Shown here: piece after piece, positions 56,034-64,000 of the stretch | Layout: every line of letters starts with the position of its first letter | How positions within the stretch are numbered: position 1 is the first letter of the stretch | DNA from: an uncultured Planctomycetia bacterium | Lineage (GTDB): Bacteria; Omnitrophota; Gorgyraeia; Pluralincolimonadales; Pluralincolimonadaceae | DNA length: 64,000 bases | Direction of reading: 5' to 3' | Assembly (NCBI GenBank): GCA_964650515.1 | Contig: CAZYUB010000002.1 | Location: 12,708 to 76,707 of the forward strand | Position numbers and translations under genes: made by a program | Notes under the pieces: generated by a model | Told to the model about the DNA's origin: nothing | The model's database searches: none | The model's input: only the letters and a program-made list of their open reading frames with translations

Positions 56034-57926
56034 ATGTGCGGGATCTGCGGGATCATAGACATCTCCGGAAAGCCTGTAAGCGCCGACGCGGTAAAGGCAA
56101 TGTGCTCGGAGATGAAGCACCGCGGCCCCGACGACGAAGGGATATACCTGAATGATGCCGGCAGCGGCCCCTCGGCCGCTCTCGGCCACAGGAGGCTGAG
56201 CATCATAGACCTGTCGTCGTGCGCGAAGCAGCCGATGTCGAACGAGGACGGTTCGGTATGGCTTGTCCTGAACGGAGAGATATATAATTACAACGAGCTG
56301 AGGCCCGGGCTCGAGAGTAAGGGCCATAAGTTCAGGTCGCATTCCGATACCGAGACGCTAGTGCACCTGTACGAGGAATACGGCGTAAAGTGCGTCGACA
56401 TGCTCAGGGGGATGTTCGCGTTCGCGATCTGGGACGATAATAAGAAGGAGCTTTTTGCGGCCCGGGACAGGGTCGGGAAGAAGCCGTTCATATATCAGCA
56501 TAAGGACGGAAGGTTCGTGTTCGCGTCCGAATTCGCGGCGATCCTGAAGAGCGGCGATATATCCCGAAAAGTAAGCGATGACGCGATACACTATTACATG
56601 AGCCTTGGTTACGTCCCGGCCCCGATGTCGGCGCTGGAAGGCGTAAGCAAACTGTCGCCTGCCTGCTATCTTACGCTTTCCAGGAACGGCCTTAAGGTGG
56701 AACGATATTGGGAACTGGATTACTCCAGGAAGCTAAAGATAAGCGAGGAAGATGCCGCGGCCGAGGTCAGAAGGCTTGCTGAAGAAGCGGTAAAGATAAG
56801 GTTGTTCAGCGACGTCCCTCTCGGCGCTTTCCTGAGCGGCGGGGTAGACTCAAGCTGTGTAGTGGCGATGATGAGCAAACTCTCCCCTGGAAAGGTCAGG
56901 ACCTTTACGATAGGCTTCGAGGAAAAGGACTACAGCGAGCTCGAATACGCAAGGAAGATATCGGGCCTTTTCGGCACCGAACACCGTGAATTCATCGTGA
57001 AGCCGAATGCGCTCGATATCATAGGCATGCTTGCGGAAAGGTACGGCGAACCGTATGCCGACTCTTCGTGCATACCGACGTACTACGTATCGAAGGAGAC
57101 GCGCGCGTTCGTGACTGTCGCCCTTAACGGCGACGGCGGCGACGAATCATTCGCTGGATACGAGCGTTACCAGGCGATGAGCGCGGCGGAAAAGATCCGC
57201 GGCCTCGGGCTGGGCGCGGCGGCTAAAGCCGCCGCAACGGTATTGCCGGACTCGACAGACCCGAAGGACCTTGCGCGCAGGGCAAGGAGGTTCCTTACCA
57301 ACGCGGGGCTGCCAGCGGCCGAAAGATACTTGAGATGGGTCGGGATAGCGGGGGACGTAAAACCTGAGGGGCTGTATTCCGGGGATTACCTTGGCCGTAT
57401 AGATAGAAGCGGCCCGTTAAACCTGCTGAAACCGTATATAGGCGACAGGTCGTGCCCGGAGTTCCTCGACAGGCTCCTGAAGGCCGACGTGAACACGTCG
57501 CTGCCGAACGACCTGCTCGTAAAAGTCGATATCGCGGGCATGGCGGCGTCGCTCGAAGGGCGTTCGCCGTTCCTCGACCATAAGCTTATGGAATTCGCGG
57601 CGTCACTTCCCTCGTCATATAAGATAAAAGGAAGCGTCAAGAAGTACATACTTAAGAAGGCCTTCTCGGGGGTGATACCCGCCGACATACTTTCGAGGAG
57701 GAAAATGGGATTCGGCGTGCCTGTAAGCGCGTGGTTCAGGGGAGAGCTGAAGGGAATACTGGCGGAGACCCTGCTTTCAAAGGCGTCGCTATCGAGGGGA
57801 TATTTCAGGCAGGAGGCGGTAAAAGGGATGGTCGAGAGCCATACCTCCGGAAGGAAGGATTATTCGTTCCAATTGTGGGCGATGTTGATGCTCGAACTGT
57901 GGCATAAGAGGTTCATCGACGGATGA
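56034..57926 (+). CDS. asnB: asparagine synthase (glutamine-hydrolysing) family amidotransferase, AsnB-like
   Basis: 'MCGICGI', 'LGHRRLSIIDLS', 'LNGEIYNYNELR', PP-loop 'SGGVDSS'; 630 aa. AGAGAGG RBS upstream. Confidence 0.8.
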   Translation: MCGICGIIDISGKPVSADAVKAMCSEMKHRGPDDEGIYLNDAGSGPSAALGHRRLSIIDLSSCAKQPMSNEDGSVWLVLNGEIYNYNELRPGLESKGHKFRSHSDTETLVHLYEEYGVKCVDMLRGMFAFAIWDDNKKELFAARDRVGKKPFIYQHKDGRFVFASEFAAILKSGDISRKVSDDAIHYYMSLGYVPAPMSALEGVSKLSPACYLTLSRNGLKVERYWELDYSRKLKISEEDAAAEVRRLAEEAVKIRLFSDVPLGAFLSGGVDSSCVVAMMSKLSPGKVRTFTIGFEEKDYSELEYARKISGLFGTEHREFIVKPNALDIIGMLAERYGEPYADSSCIPTYYVSKETRAFVTVALNGDGGDESFAGYERYQAMSAAEKIRGLGLGAAAKAAATVLPDSTDPKDLARRARRFLTNAGLPAAERYLRWVGIAGDVKPEGLYSGDYLGRIDRSGPLNLLKPYIGDRSCPEFLDRLLKADVNTSLPNDLLVKVDIAGMAASLEGRSPFLDHKLMEFAASLPSSYKIKGSVKKYILKKAFSGVIPADILSRRKMGFGVPVSAWFRGELKGILAETLLSKASLSRGYFRQEAVKGMVESHTSGRKDYSFQLWAMLMLELWHKRFIDG

Positions 57927-57938
57927 GTGAGGGTAAAG

Positions 57939-59783
57939 ATGCTTAAGAACCACGACATTATATGCATATCTTCTATCGACTGGGATTTTATCTGGCAGGG
58001 GCACCAGGAGATCATGTCCGCGTTCGCCGCGAACGGCAACCGCGTACTGTTCATCGAGAATACCGGCGTGCGCGCGCCGAAGATAAAAGATATTTCCCGG
58101 CTGCGCAAGAGGTTCAGGGATTACTTCAGGGGCGTAAAGGGCATAAGGGAGGAAACGAAGAACCTTTATATATACTCCCCGATAGTGCTTCCGTTCCCGT
58201 ACTCGCGCATAGCGAGGTTTGTCAATAAGTCCATCCTTCTCTCGGTCATCAAAAGATGGATGAGGGCGATGAATTTCGTGAACCCGGTAATATGGACATT
58301 CCTTCCGACGGGCACCGCGATGGACATCATAGAGAACATAGACAAGAAACTGCTGATCTATTATTGCATAGATAATTTCGCGGTCAGTTCCGCGTCCGCG
58401 AAAAAGATAATAGCGTACGAGAAGAAACTGATAAGCGCGGCGGACCGCGTGTTCGTGACCTCGCAGGCGTTGTATGACCACTGCGTGAGGTTCAATGATA
58501 ATGTGACGATCTTCCCGTTCGGCGTGAATATCGAGAATTTCGAGAAGGTAAGGAAGGAGCAAACACGGGTGCCCGCAGAGCTTGAGGGCCTGAAGCCGCC
58601 GGTCATCGGATATGTCGGAGGGGTGCACAAGTGGATAGATTTCGAGCTTGTCAAATATGCCGCTTCCGCGCACCCGGAGATGCAGTTCGTGTTCGTCGGG
58701 CCGGTGCAGACAGACGTGTCGCAGCTTTCCGGCTGCCCCAATATCCGTCTTTTGGGGGGACGCAAGCATTCCGAGCTTCCGAACCTCGTTAAGCATTTTA
58801 CCGCGGCTGTCATTCCTTACCTGTTAACGGAGTATACGAAGAACGTCTATCCCACAAAACTTAACGAATACCTCTCGATGGGCAAGCCGGTCGTATCATC
58901 CTATCTTCCCGAAGTGGATACGTTTAACGGCAGGTACGGCGGCATAGTATATATTGGCAAGGACAAGCAGGAGTTCTCCTCGCTGTTATCCAGGGCGATA
59001 GCGGAAGATAACGACGCGCTGAGGCAGAAGAGGATATCTGCGGCTTCGGAGAACAGCTGGAGGTCGCGCATAGAGCTGATGAGCGCGGCCATAGACGAGG
59101 CCATAGAGGAGAAGACGAGGAAGGGCGAGGCCGGCTGGAAGGACAACCTTGCCGGATTATTTGCCGCCGCGAGGCGCAGGATCGCGCGGCCGGTGATATA
59201 TACCGCGGCGGCCATTCTGCTCGTATTCTGCACGCCCGCGATATGGTTTTTCGCCGAGCCGCTTAAGATAAGCGAACAGCCGCAAAAGGCCGACGCGATA
59301 GTCGTCTTTGCCGGCGGAACGGGTGAATCGGGAAAGCAGGGGCAGGGATATGAGGAGAGGGTCGATTACGCGGTCGAGCTTTATAAGAAGGGCTACGCGG
59401 AGAACATCATCTTCTCATCGGGATATTCCTACGCGATAAAGGAAGTCGATATCATGAAAGCGTTGGCGGTCTCGATGGGAGTTCCCGCAAACGCGATAAC
59501 GCTCGAGGACAAGTCCGGATATACGTATGAATTTGTGAAGAACACGAACGATATCGTGCGCAGGAACGGCTGGAAGAGGATACTGCTGGTCAGTTCGCCA
59601 TATCATATGAGGCGCGCGTCATTGGTTTATGGTAAACTCGGAGAAGGTATAGACGTCATATATACGCCTATCAGGGACAGCAAGTTCTACAGGCACGGGT
59701 TTGGCGCGTCGCCGAGACAGATAAAGGGTATTTTACACGAGTACGCCGGTATAGTATATTACCTTATAAAGGGATATATCTAA
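57939..59783 (+). CDS. GT4-like GT-B glycosyltransferase fused to C-terminal DUF218 (YdcF/ElyC/SanA-like) domain
   Basis: GT4 C-domain 'TKLNEYLSMGKPVVSS'. Then a hydrophobic helix and 'ADAIVVFAGGTGESG...RVDYAVELYKKGYAENIIFSSG...ILLVSSPYHMRRA' (DUF218). ATG 57939 has GAGGG upstream; GTG 57927 is also possible. Confidence 0.5.
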   Translation: MLKNHDIICISSIDWDFIWQGHQEIMSAFAANGNRVLFIENTGVRAPKIKDISRLRKRFRDYFRGVKGIREETKNLYIYSPIVLPFPYSRIARFVNKSILLSVIKRWMRAMNFVNPVIWTFLPTGTAMDIIENIDKKLLIYYCIDNFAVSSASAKKIIAYEKKLISAADRVFVTSQALYDHCVRFNDNVTIFPFGVNIENFEKVRKEQTRVPAELEGLKPPVIGYVGGVHKWIDFELVKYAASAHPEMQFVFVGPVQTDVSQLSGCPNIRLLGGRKHSELPNLVKHFTAAVIPYLLTEYTKNVYPTKLNEYLSMGKPVVSSYLPEVDTFNGRYGGIVYIGKDKQEFSSLLSRAIAEDNDALRQKRISAASENSWRSRIELMSAAIDEAIEEKTRKGEAGWKDNLAGLFAAARRRIARPVIYTAAAILLVFCTPAIWFFAEPLKISEQPQKADAIVVFAGGTGESGKQGQGYEERVDYAVELYKKGYAENIIFSSGYSYAIKEVDIMKALAVSMGVPANAITLEDKSGYTYEFVKNTNDIVRRNGWKRILLVSSPYHMRRASLVYGKLGEGIDVIYTPIRDSKFYRHGFGASPRQIKGILHEYAGIVYYLIKGYI

Positions 59784-59798
59784 AAAGGAGCGGGCAAA

Positions 59799-60290
59799 AT
59801 GAGGATGATAGACGAAAAGGGAAGGGTTTTCGGAAAGATCAACATTATTGATTTCATCTTTGTGGTCCTGCTACTGAGCGTTATCCCGGCCTTTTATTAC
59901 GGCAACAGGCTTACGGAAATGAAGAAGCCGGCGGAGAAGACGTATGAGAAGGTCATCGCAGAGATAAAGTTCCCGAAGATCATGCCCGAGCTGGCGTCGG
60001 TGGTCAGGGAGGGCGATGTGGACAAGGATCCGGGAGGGGGCGCGGCCGGCGTCCTAAAAAAGATAATTTCCAGCGAGAACAGCCGGTTCGCCGCCCTGGG
60101 CAAAAACGATCAGGTGGTGATCATGGAAGACCCGACGGCCAAGGACATACAGGCATCCTTCGAGCTGAACTGCGTAAACGATAACGGCTCGCTCGACTTC
60201 GAGGGATATCCCGTGAAGATAGGAAGCAATATCGTATTTACTACCGACCTCTACAGCATGCAGGGCATAGTGGTGAAGATAGAGAAATGA
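59799..60290 (+). CDS. small N-terminally membrane-anchored conserved hypothetical (DUF4330-like)
   Basis: 'MRMIDEKGRVFGKINIIDFIFVVLLLSV' resembles the DUF4330 N-terminus often found in polysaccharide loci. AAAGGAG RBS in the 15-nt gap upstream. Confidence 0.4.
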   Translation: MRMIDEKGRVFGKINIIDFIFVVLLLSVIPAFYYGNRLTEMKKPAEKTYEKVIAEIKFPKIMPELASVVREGDVDKDPGGGAAGVLKKIISSENSRFAALGKNDQVVIMEDPTAKDIQASFELNCVNDNGSLDFEGYPVKIGSNIVFTTDLYSMQGIVVKIEK

Positions 60291-60715
60291 AAAGGGGCAG
60301 AACGGCCGGAAGCGGGCTTGTAAAAGCGGCTCAATACACCTGGGGCGTCTATAGCCGGTTCATCGACCGCCTTGAATCAGTATTCCTGCAGAGTTTGGTG
60401 ATAAAGTTTTTAAGGAAAGCAGCGGATATCCTGTCGGCAAGCGTTGAAGGAAGCTTCCTGGCGAGTGTCTCAAGGCCGTTGAACGGGTGCGTTTATTCCG
60501 GAAGCGTGCTGATAGGGAGCATAAAGAGGCCGTTCCGCAGGGCGGAATCGCGGATAGGCGCGTATTATGAGGAAAGCGGATTCAGGCGCATCGCGTCGGA
60601 GATAGAAGCGCTGTTCGTCCGCGTCGACAAGTTATTTTCCGGCTCTGGATGGAAGACGCTGAAGGATAACAGCAAGATGATCGGCATGCTGAGAAGATGC
60701 AGCGGAAAAAAATAA
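60287..60715 (+). CDS. hypothetical protein
   Basis: 142-aa ORF translationally coupled (ATGA) to the upstream gene; no recognisable motif. Confidence 0.3.
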   Translation: MKRGRTAGSGLVKAAQYTWGVYSRFIDRLESVFLQSLVIKFLRKAADILSASVEGSFLASVSRPLNGCVYSGSVLIGSIKRPFRRAESRIGAYYEESGFRRIASEIEALFVRVDKLFSGSGWKTLKDNSKMIGMLRRCSGKK

Positions 60716-61893
60716 AAGTCCTGAGGATAATCGCCCGCCTCAATGTCGGCGGCCCTGCCATACACACCATCCTTCTGACATCGGCCCTTAAAGGAGAGGA
60801 TTATGAATCGATCCTTGTCTGCGGGATCGTAGACAGTTCCGAAAAGGATATGTCCTACCTCGCGGATGCAAAGGGGGTCAAGCCGGTCGTCATTCCGGAC
60901 CTTTGCAGGAGCATAAACCCGGTAAGGGACCTGCGCGCGTTTTTTTCCATATTCAAGGCCATCAGGGAATTCAAGCCGGATATAGTCCATACTCATACGG
61001 CGAAGGCCGGAGCGATAGGAAGGGCGGCCGCGGTGCTCGCAGGAGTCCCGGTCAGGATACATACCTTCCACGGCCATATATTCGACGGTTATTTCAGCAG
61101 GCTGCAGGCGGCGGTCTTCCTGGCGATAGAGAGGATGCTGGCATATTTCACGAAATATATAATCGTCGTCAGCGAAGCGCAAAAATCGGATATCGCGGTA
61201 AGATACCGGATCGCCGGAGGGCGCAAGATAAAGGTCGTCCCTCTCGGCCTGGAGCTGGGGAAGTACGCCGTCATCGGCGGAAGGGATAAGAATTTCAGGA
61301 GGGAGCTCGGGATCGGAGACGGCGCGGTGCTGGTCTCGATAATCGGCAGGCTCGTGCCCGTAAAGAACCACAGGATGTTCATAGATGCCGCGAAAATAGC
61401 GGTGGCGGAAGCCCCCGCCGAGGATATGAGGTTCGCCGTAATAGGGGACGGCGAGGAGAGGGCATCGCTGGAAAAATATGTATCCGACTGCGGCCTGGAC
61501 GGCAAGGTATCGTTTTGCGGATGGAAGGAGGATATGTCGGGTGTCTACGCGGATTCGGATATTGTAGCGCTCACCTCGTTGAACGAGGGGACGCCCGTAG
61601 CCCTGATAGAGGCCCTGGCCTCGGGAAGGCCGGTCGTCTCGACCGACGTGGGCGGCGTAAAGGATGTCGTTCAGGACGGCATGACAGGATATCTCGTCGC
61701 TTCCGGGGATACGCGCGCGTTCGCGAAAAAGCTGCGTGAGCTTGCGGATGACGCCGCGAAGCGTGTGTCGTTCGGGGCGGCCGGAAGGGTCTCGGTCATG
61801 GGGAAATACTCAAGCGACAGGCTGGTATCCGACATAAAACGGCTTTACACAGATTCCCTAATAGATTATAATAAGGGCAAAAAAGGAGTATAG
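60697..61893 (+). CDS. GT4 (GT-B, group 1) glycosyltransferase
   Basis: 'IKVLRIIARLNVGGPAIH...', 'SLNEGTPVALIEALASGRPVVSTDVGGVKDVV'. Confidence 0.75.
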   Translation: MQRKKIKVLRIIARLNVGGPAIHTILLTSALKGEDYESILVCGIVDSSEKDMSYLADAKGVKPVVIPDLCRSINPVRDLRAFFSIFKAIREFKPDIVHTHTAKAGAIGRAAAVLAGVPVRIHTFHGHIFDGYFSRLQAAVFLAIERMLAYFTKYIIVVSEAQKSDIAVRYRIAGGRKIKVVPLGLELGKYAVIGGRDKNFRRELGIGDGAVLVSIIGRLVPVKNHRMFIDAAKIAVAEAPAEDMRFAVIGDGEERASLEKYVSDCGLDGKVSFCGWKEDMSGVYADSDIVALTSLNEGTPVALIEALASGRPVVSTDVGGVKDVVQDGMTGYLVASGDTRAFAKKLRELADDAAKRVSFGAAGRVSVMGKYSSDRLVSDIKRLYTDSLIDYNKGKKGV

Positions 61894-61897
61894 ATAA

Positions 61898-62863
61898 GTG
61901 CGCTATCTAATAACCGGCGGCGCCGGTTTCATAGGTTCCCATCTGTCGGATAAACTTATAAAAGAAGGCCACCAGGTGACTGTTTTGGATGACCTGTCTA
62001 CGGGAAAGACAGGCAATATCAGGCATCTCGAAGGAAACCCCTCGTTTAGCCTGGTCGTCGGGACGATCCTGAATGAATACCTTGTGGACAAGCTCGCGGA
62101 GCGCTGTGACGCGATATTCCATCTCGCGGCCGCGGTAGGGGTTGAGCTTATTGTCAACCATCCACTGGAGTCGCTTACCACGAACATAAAGGGAAGCGAG
62201 ATAGTGCTGGATATGGCGTGCCGCTACCACAAGAAGGTGCTGATAACATCTACGTCGGAGATATACGGGAAGAATACACAGGGCCCGCTCAAGGAAGACC
62301 AGGACAGGATCCTCGGGTCGCCGCTAAAATCAAGGTGGAGCTACTCCACCGCGAAGGCGGTAGATGAGATGCTCGCCTATACATATTGGAAGACCAAGGA
62401 TGTCCCGGCGGTCATAGTGCGGCTGTTCAATACCGTCGGGCCTAGGCAGACCGGGACGTACGGTATGGTAGTGCCGAGATTTGTCAGGCAGGCGGTCGAG
62501 GGGAAGGATATCACCGTTTACGGCTCCGGCAAGCAGAGCAGGTGCTTCCTGCACGTGAAAGACGTGGTCGCCGCGCTGCCTAAACTTATCGAGGAACCTA
62601 AGGCGTACGGCCAGGTGTTCAATATCGGCAGCCAGGAAGAAGTGACGATCGACGCGCTCGCGCGGAAGGTCATAGAGATCACGAAAAGCAGCTCCAAAGT
62701 AGTGAATATCCCCTATGAAAAGGCGTATGAAGAGGGTTTTGAGGACATGGAGAGAAGGGTCCCCGACACCTCAAAGATACGCGGGCTGATCGGTTTCGCC
62801 CCGACGGCGGACCTTAAAGCGATAATAGAAGATGTGGTAAGGTATATAAAGGAAAACAAGTAA
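61898..62863 (+). CDS. NAD-dependent NDP-sugar epimerase/dehydratase (GalE/UDP-glucuronate epimerase-like)
   Basis: GTG start '[15 protein letters not shown]'; 'TSTSEIYG'; 'YSTAKAVDE' YxxxK. Confidence 0.75.
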   Translation: MRYLITGGAGFIGSHLSDKLIKEGHQVTVLDDLSTGKTGNIRHLEGNPSFSLVVGTILNEYLVDKLAERCDAIFHLAAAVGVELIVNHPLESLTTNIKGSEIVLDMACRYHKKVLITSTSEIYGKNTQGPLKEDQDRILGSPLKSRWSYSTAKAVDEMLAYTYWKTKDVPAVIVRLFNTVGPRQTGTYGMVVPRFVRQAVEGKDITVYGSGKQSRCFLHVKDVVAALPKLIEEPKAYGQVFNIGSQEEVTIDALARKVIEITKSSSKVVNIPYEKAYEEGFEDMERRVPDTSKIRGLIGFAPTADLKAIIEDVVRYIKENK

Positions 62864-62865
62864 CA

Positions 62866-64000
62866 GTGGCTTATGTTTACCTTTTTTTGGCCGCATTTTC
62901 AGTCGCGTTCCTGACGACCCCGGTAGTCAAGGTTTTGGCAGGGCGGCTCGGCGCCGTGGCAAAGCCCAAGGAAGACAGGTGGCATAAGAAGGTCATACCG
63001 CTGATGGGAGGCGTCGCCATCTATGCGGCGTTCATGGCCGCGTACCTGTTCTTCATGCGCGAAAGGATGAATACGGGGCTCGTGGTCGGCGCCACGTCGA
63101 TATTCATCCTCGGCGTCATCGACGATATTAGAGGGCTGAGCCCCCAATCGAAACTTATAGGGCAGATCGTCTGCGCATCCCTTGCGGTGATGTTCGGGGT
63201 ATCGATCAAGGCTATCCCGATCGCCGCCATATCCGTGCCGCTTACCATACTCTGGATGGTCGGGATAACGAATTCATTCAATCTGCTCGATAATATGGAC
63301 GGCTTGTCGGCAGGCGTGGCGGCCATAGCATCCCTCACGCTCTTCGCGTGTTCGCTCGCGCTGCATAATTATGAGATAGCGATGGTATCCCTTGTAATGG
63401 CGGGCGCGGCGCTCGGTTTCCTGCCGCATAATTTCTACCCGGCGAGGATATTCATGGGCGACTGCGGCGCTATGTTCCTCGGGTTCACGCTGTCGTCGCT
63501 CGCAATAATGGGCACGTGGAAGGAGGCCTCGCACCTTTTCCTGGTGTTGCTTATCCCCGTTTTGGCGCTGGCCGTCCCTATATTCGATACACTCTTCGTT
63601 GCTATAACGCGCACGATAGACGGGAGGTCGGTAGCGAAGGGCGGAAAGGACCATACGTCGCACAGGATGGTCTTCCTCGGATGGCAGGAGAGAAAGGCGG
63701 TCATGGTGCTTTACGCCATATCTATACTGTTCGGGGCCGCGGCATACATGTCGCTGCACGTGAAGATATACGTGAGCGCTGTCATTATGTCGCTTCTCGT
63801 GCTGGTCGTCTCGGCTTTCGCGATCTTCCTGAACCATTCCACCATGTCGAGGCGCTCAGCGAGGCAGCCCGGCGATAAAGAGGTCTCGTTCTACAAGAAC
63901 GAATCAGAGCTGATAGAGGCCCTTGTAAAATACAAGAGGGTCATATTCGAGGTCATATGCGATTTTGTCCTGATATGCCTCGCGTACATGTCGAGCTATA
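62866..64000 (+). CDS. WecA/MraY-family polyprenyl-phosphate N-acetylhexosamine-1-phosphate transferase (3'-partial, runs off window)
   Basis: Not in the ORF track because no stop falls in the window. Translating from GTG 62866 gives 'GVIDDIRGLSPQSKLIGQ', 'ITNSFNLLDNMDGLSAGV', 'FMGDCGAMFLGF', which are canonical WecA/MraY motifs. Confidence 0.7.
   Translation, partial: MAYVYLFLAAFSVAFLTTPVVKVLAGRLGAVAKPKEDRWHKKVIPLMGGVAIYAAFMAAYLFFMRERMNTGLVVGATSIFILGVIDDIRGLSPQSKLIGQIVCASLAVMFGVSIKAIPIAAISVPLTILWMVGITNSFNLLDNMDGLSAGVAAIASLTLFACSLALHNYEIAMVSLVMAGAALGFLPHNFYPARIFMGDCGAMFLGFTLSSLAIMGTWKEASHLFLVLLIPVLALAVPIFDTLFVAITRTIDGRSVAKGGKDHTSHRMVFLGWQERKAVMVLYAISILFGAAAYMSLHVKIYVSAVIMSLLVLVVSAFAIFLNHSTMSRRSARQPGDKEVSFYKNESELIEALVKYKRVIFEVICDFVLICLAYMSSY

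Noticed and set aside
1-64000. Searched by eye for CRISPR-like direct repeats, tRNA/rRNA-like structured segments, inverted-repeat bounded mobile elements, integrase/transposase ORFs and toxin-antitoxin pairs
   Set aside because: None seen. No intergenic space is long enough to hold an RNA gene or repeat array. No ORF has recombinase/transposase motifs (no R-H-R-Y or DDE signatures). A computational repeat search could still find short dispersed repeats I cannot see by eye.

Overview
The whole 64 kb window reads as one co-directional (+ strand), extremely compact glycan-biosynthesis mega-locus of about 56 genes. No intergenic gap exceeds ~16 nt, and at least 19 junctions are 4-nt ATGA/GTGA/TTGA start-stop overlaps. 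No promoter-sized gap, terminator, RNA gene, CRISPR array, integrase or transposase is visible. Both ends are truncated: a 5'-partial B12-radical-SAM gene at nt 1 and a 3'-partial WecA/MraY-family gene at nt 64000. The content points to a heavily tailored surface glycan: LPS O-antigen, capsule, S-layer or flagellin glycan.

The locus contains:
- five B12-binding radical SAM paralogues and three Zn-ribbon class I SAM methyltransferases;
- three CMP-ulosonic-acid-type cytidylyltransferase domains plus a KdsC-like phosphatase;
- a DRE-TIM aldolase fused to an MptE/Maf-like domain, next to a KdsB-like gene;
- a glutaminase fused to a WbuX/PseA-type N-acetyl-sugar amidotransferase, and a separate AsnB;
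- three NDP-deoxyhexose cassettes, including RfbF plus dehydratase, cupin epimerase and RmlD-like reductase;
- about 14 glycosyltransferases (GT2, GT4), four of them DPM1/ArnC-like polyprenyl-phosphate sugar synthases, interleaved with five large polytopic GT-C/ArnT-like membrane proteins;
- an MsbA/PglK-type ABC exporter, and a DegT aminotransferase / FemAB-like acyltransferase / polysaccharide deacetylase block.

Four unusual domain fusions are present. GC is about 55-60% overall, with clearly lower-GC blocks at roughly 0.8-2.7 kb, 21-30 kb and 34-36.5 kb. All long minus-strand ORFs look like antisense shadows of the + strand genes. Every functional call is motif recognition by eye; no searches were run.
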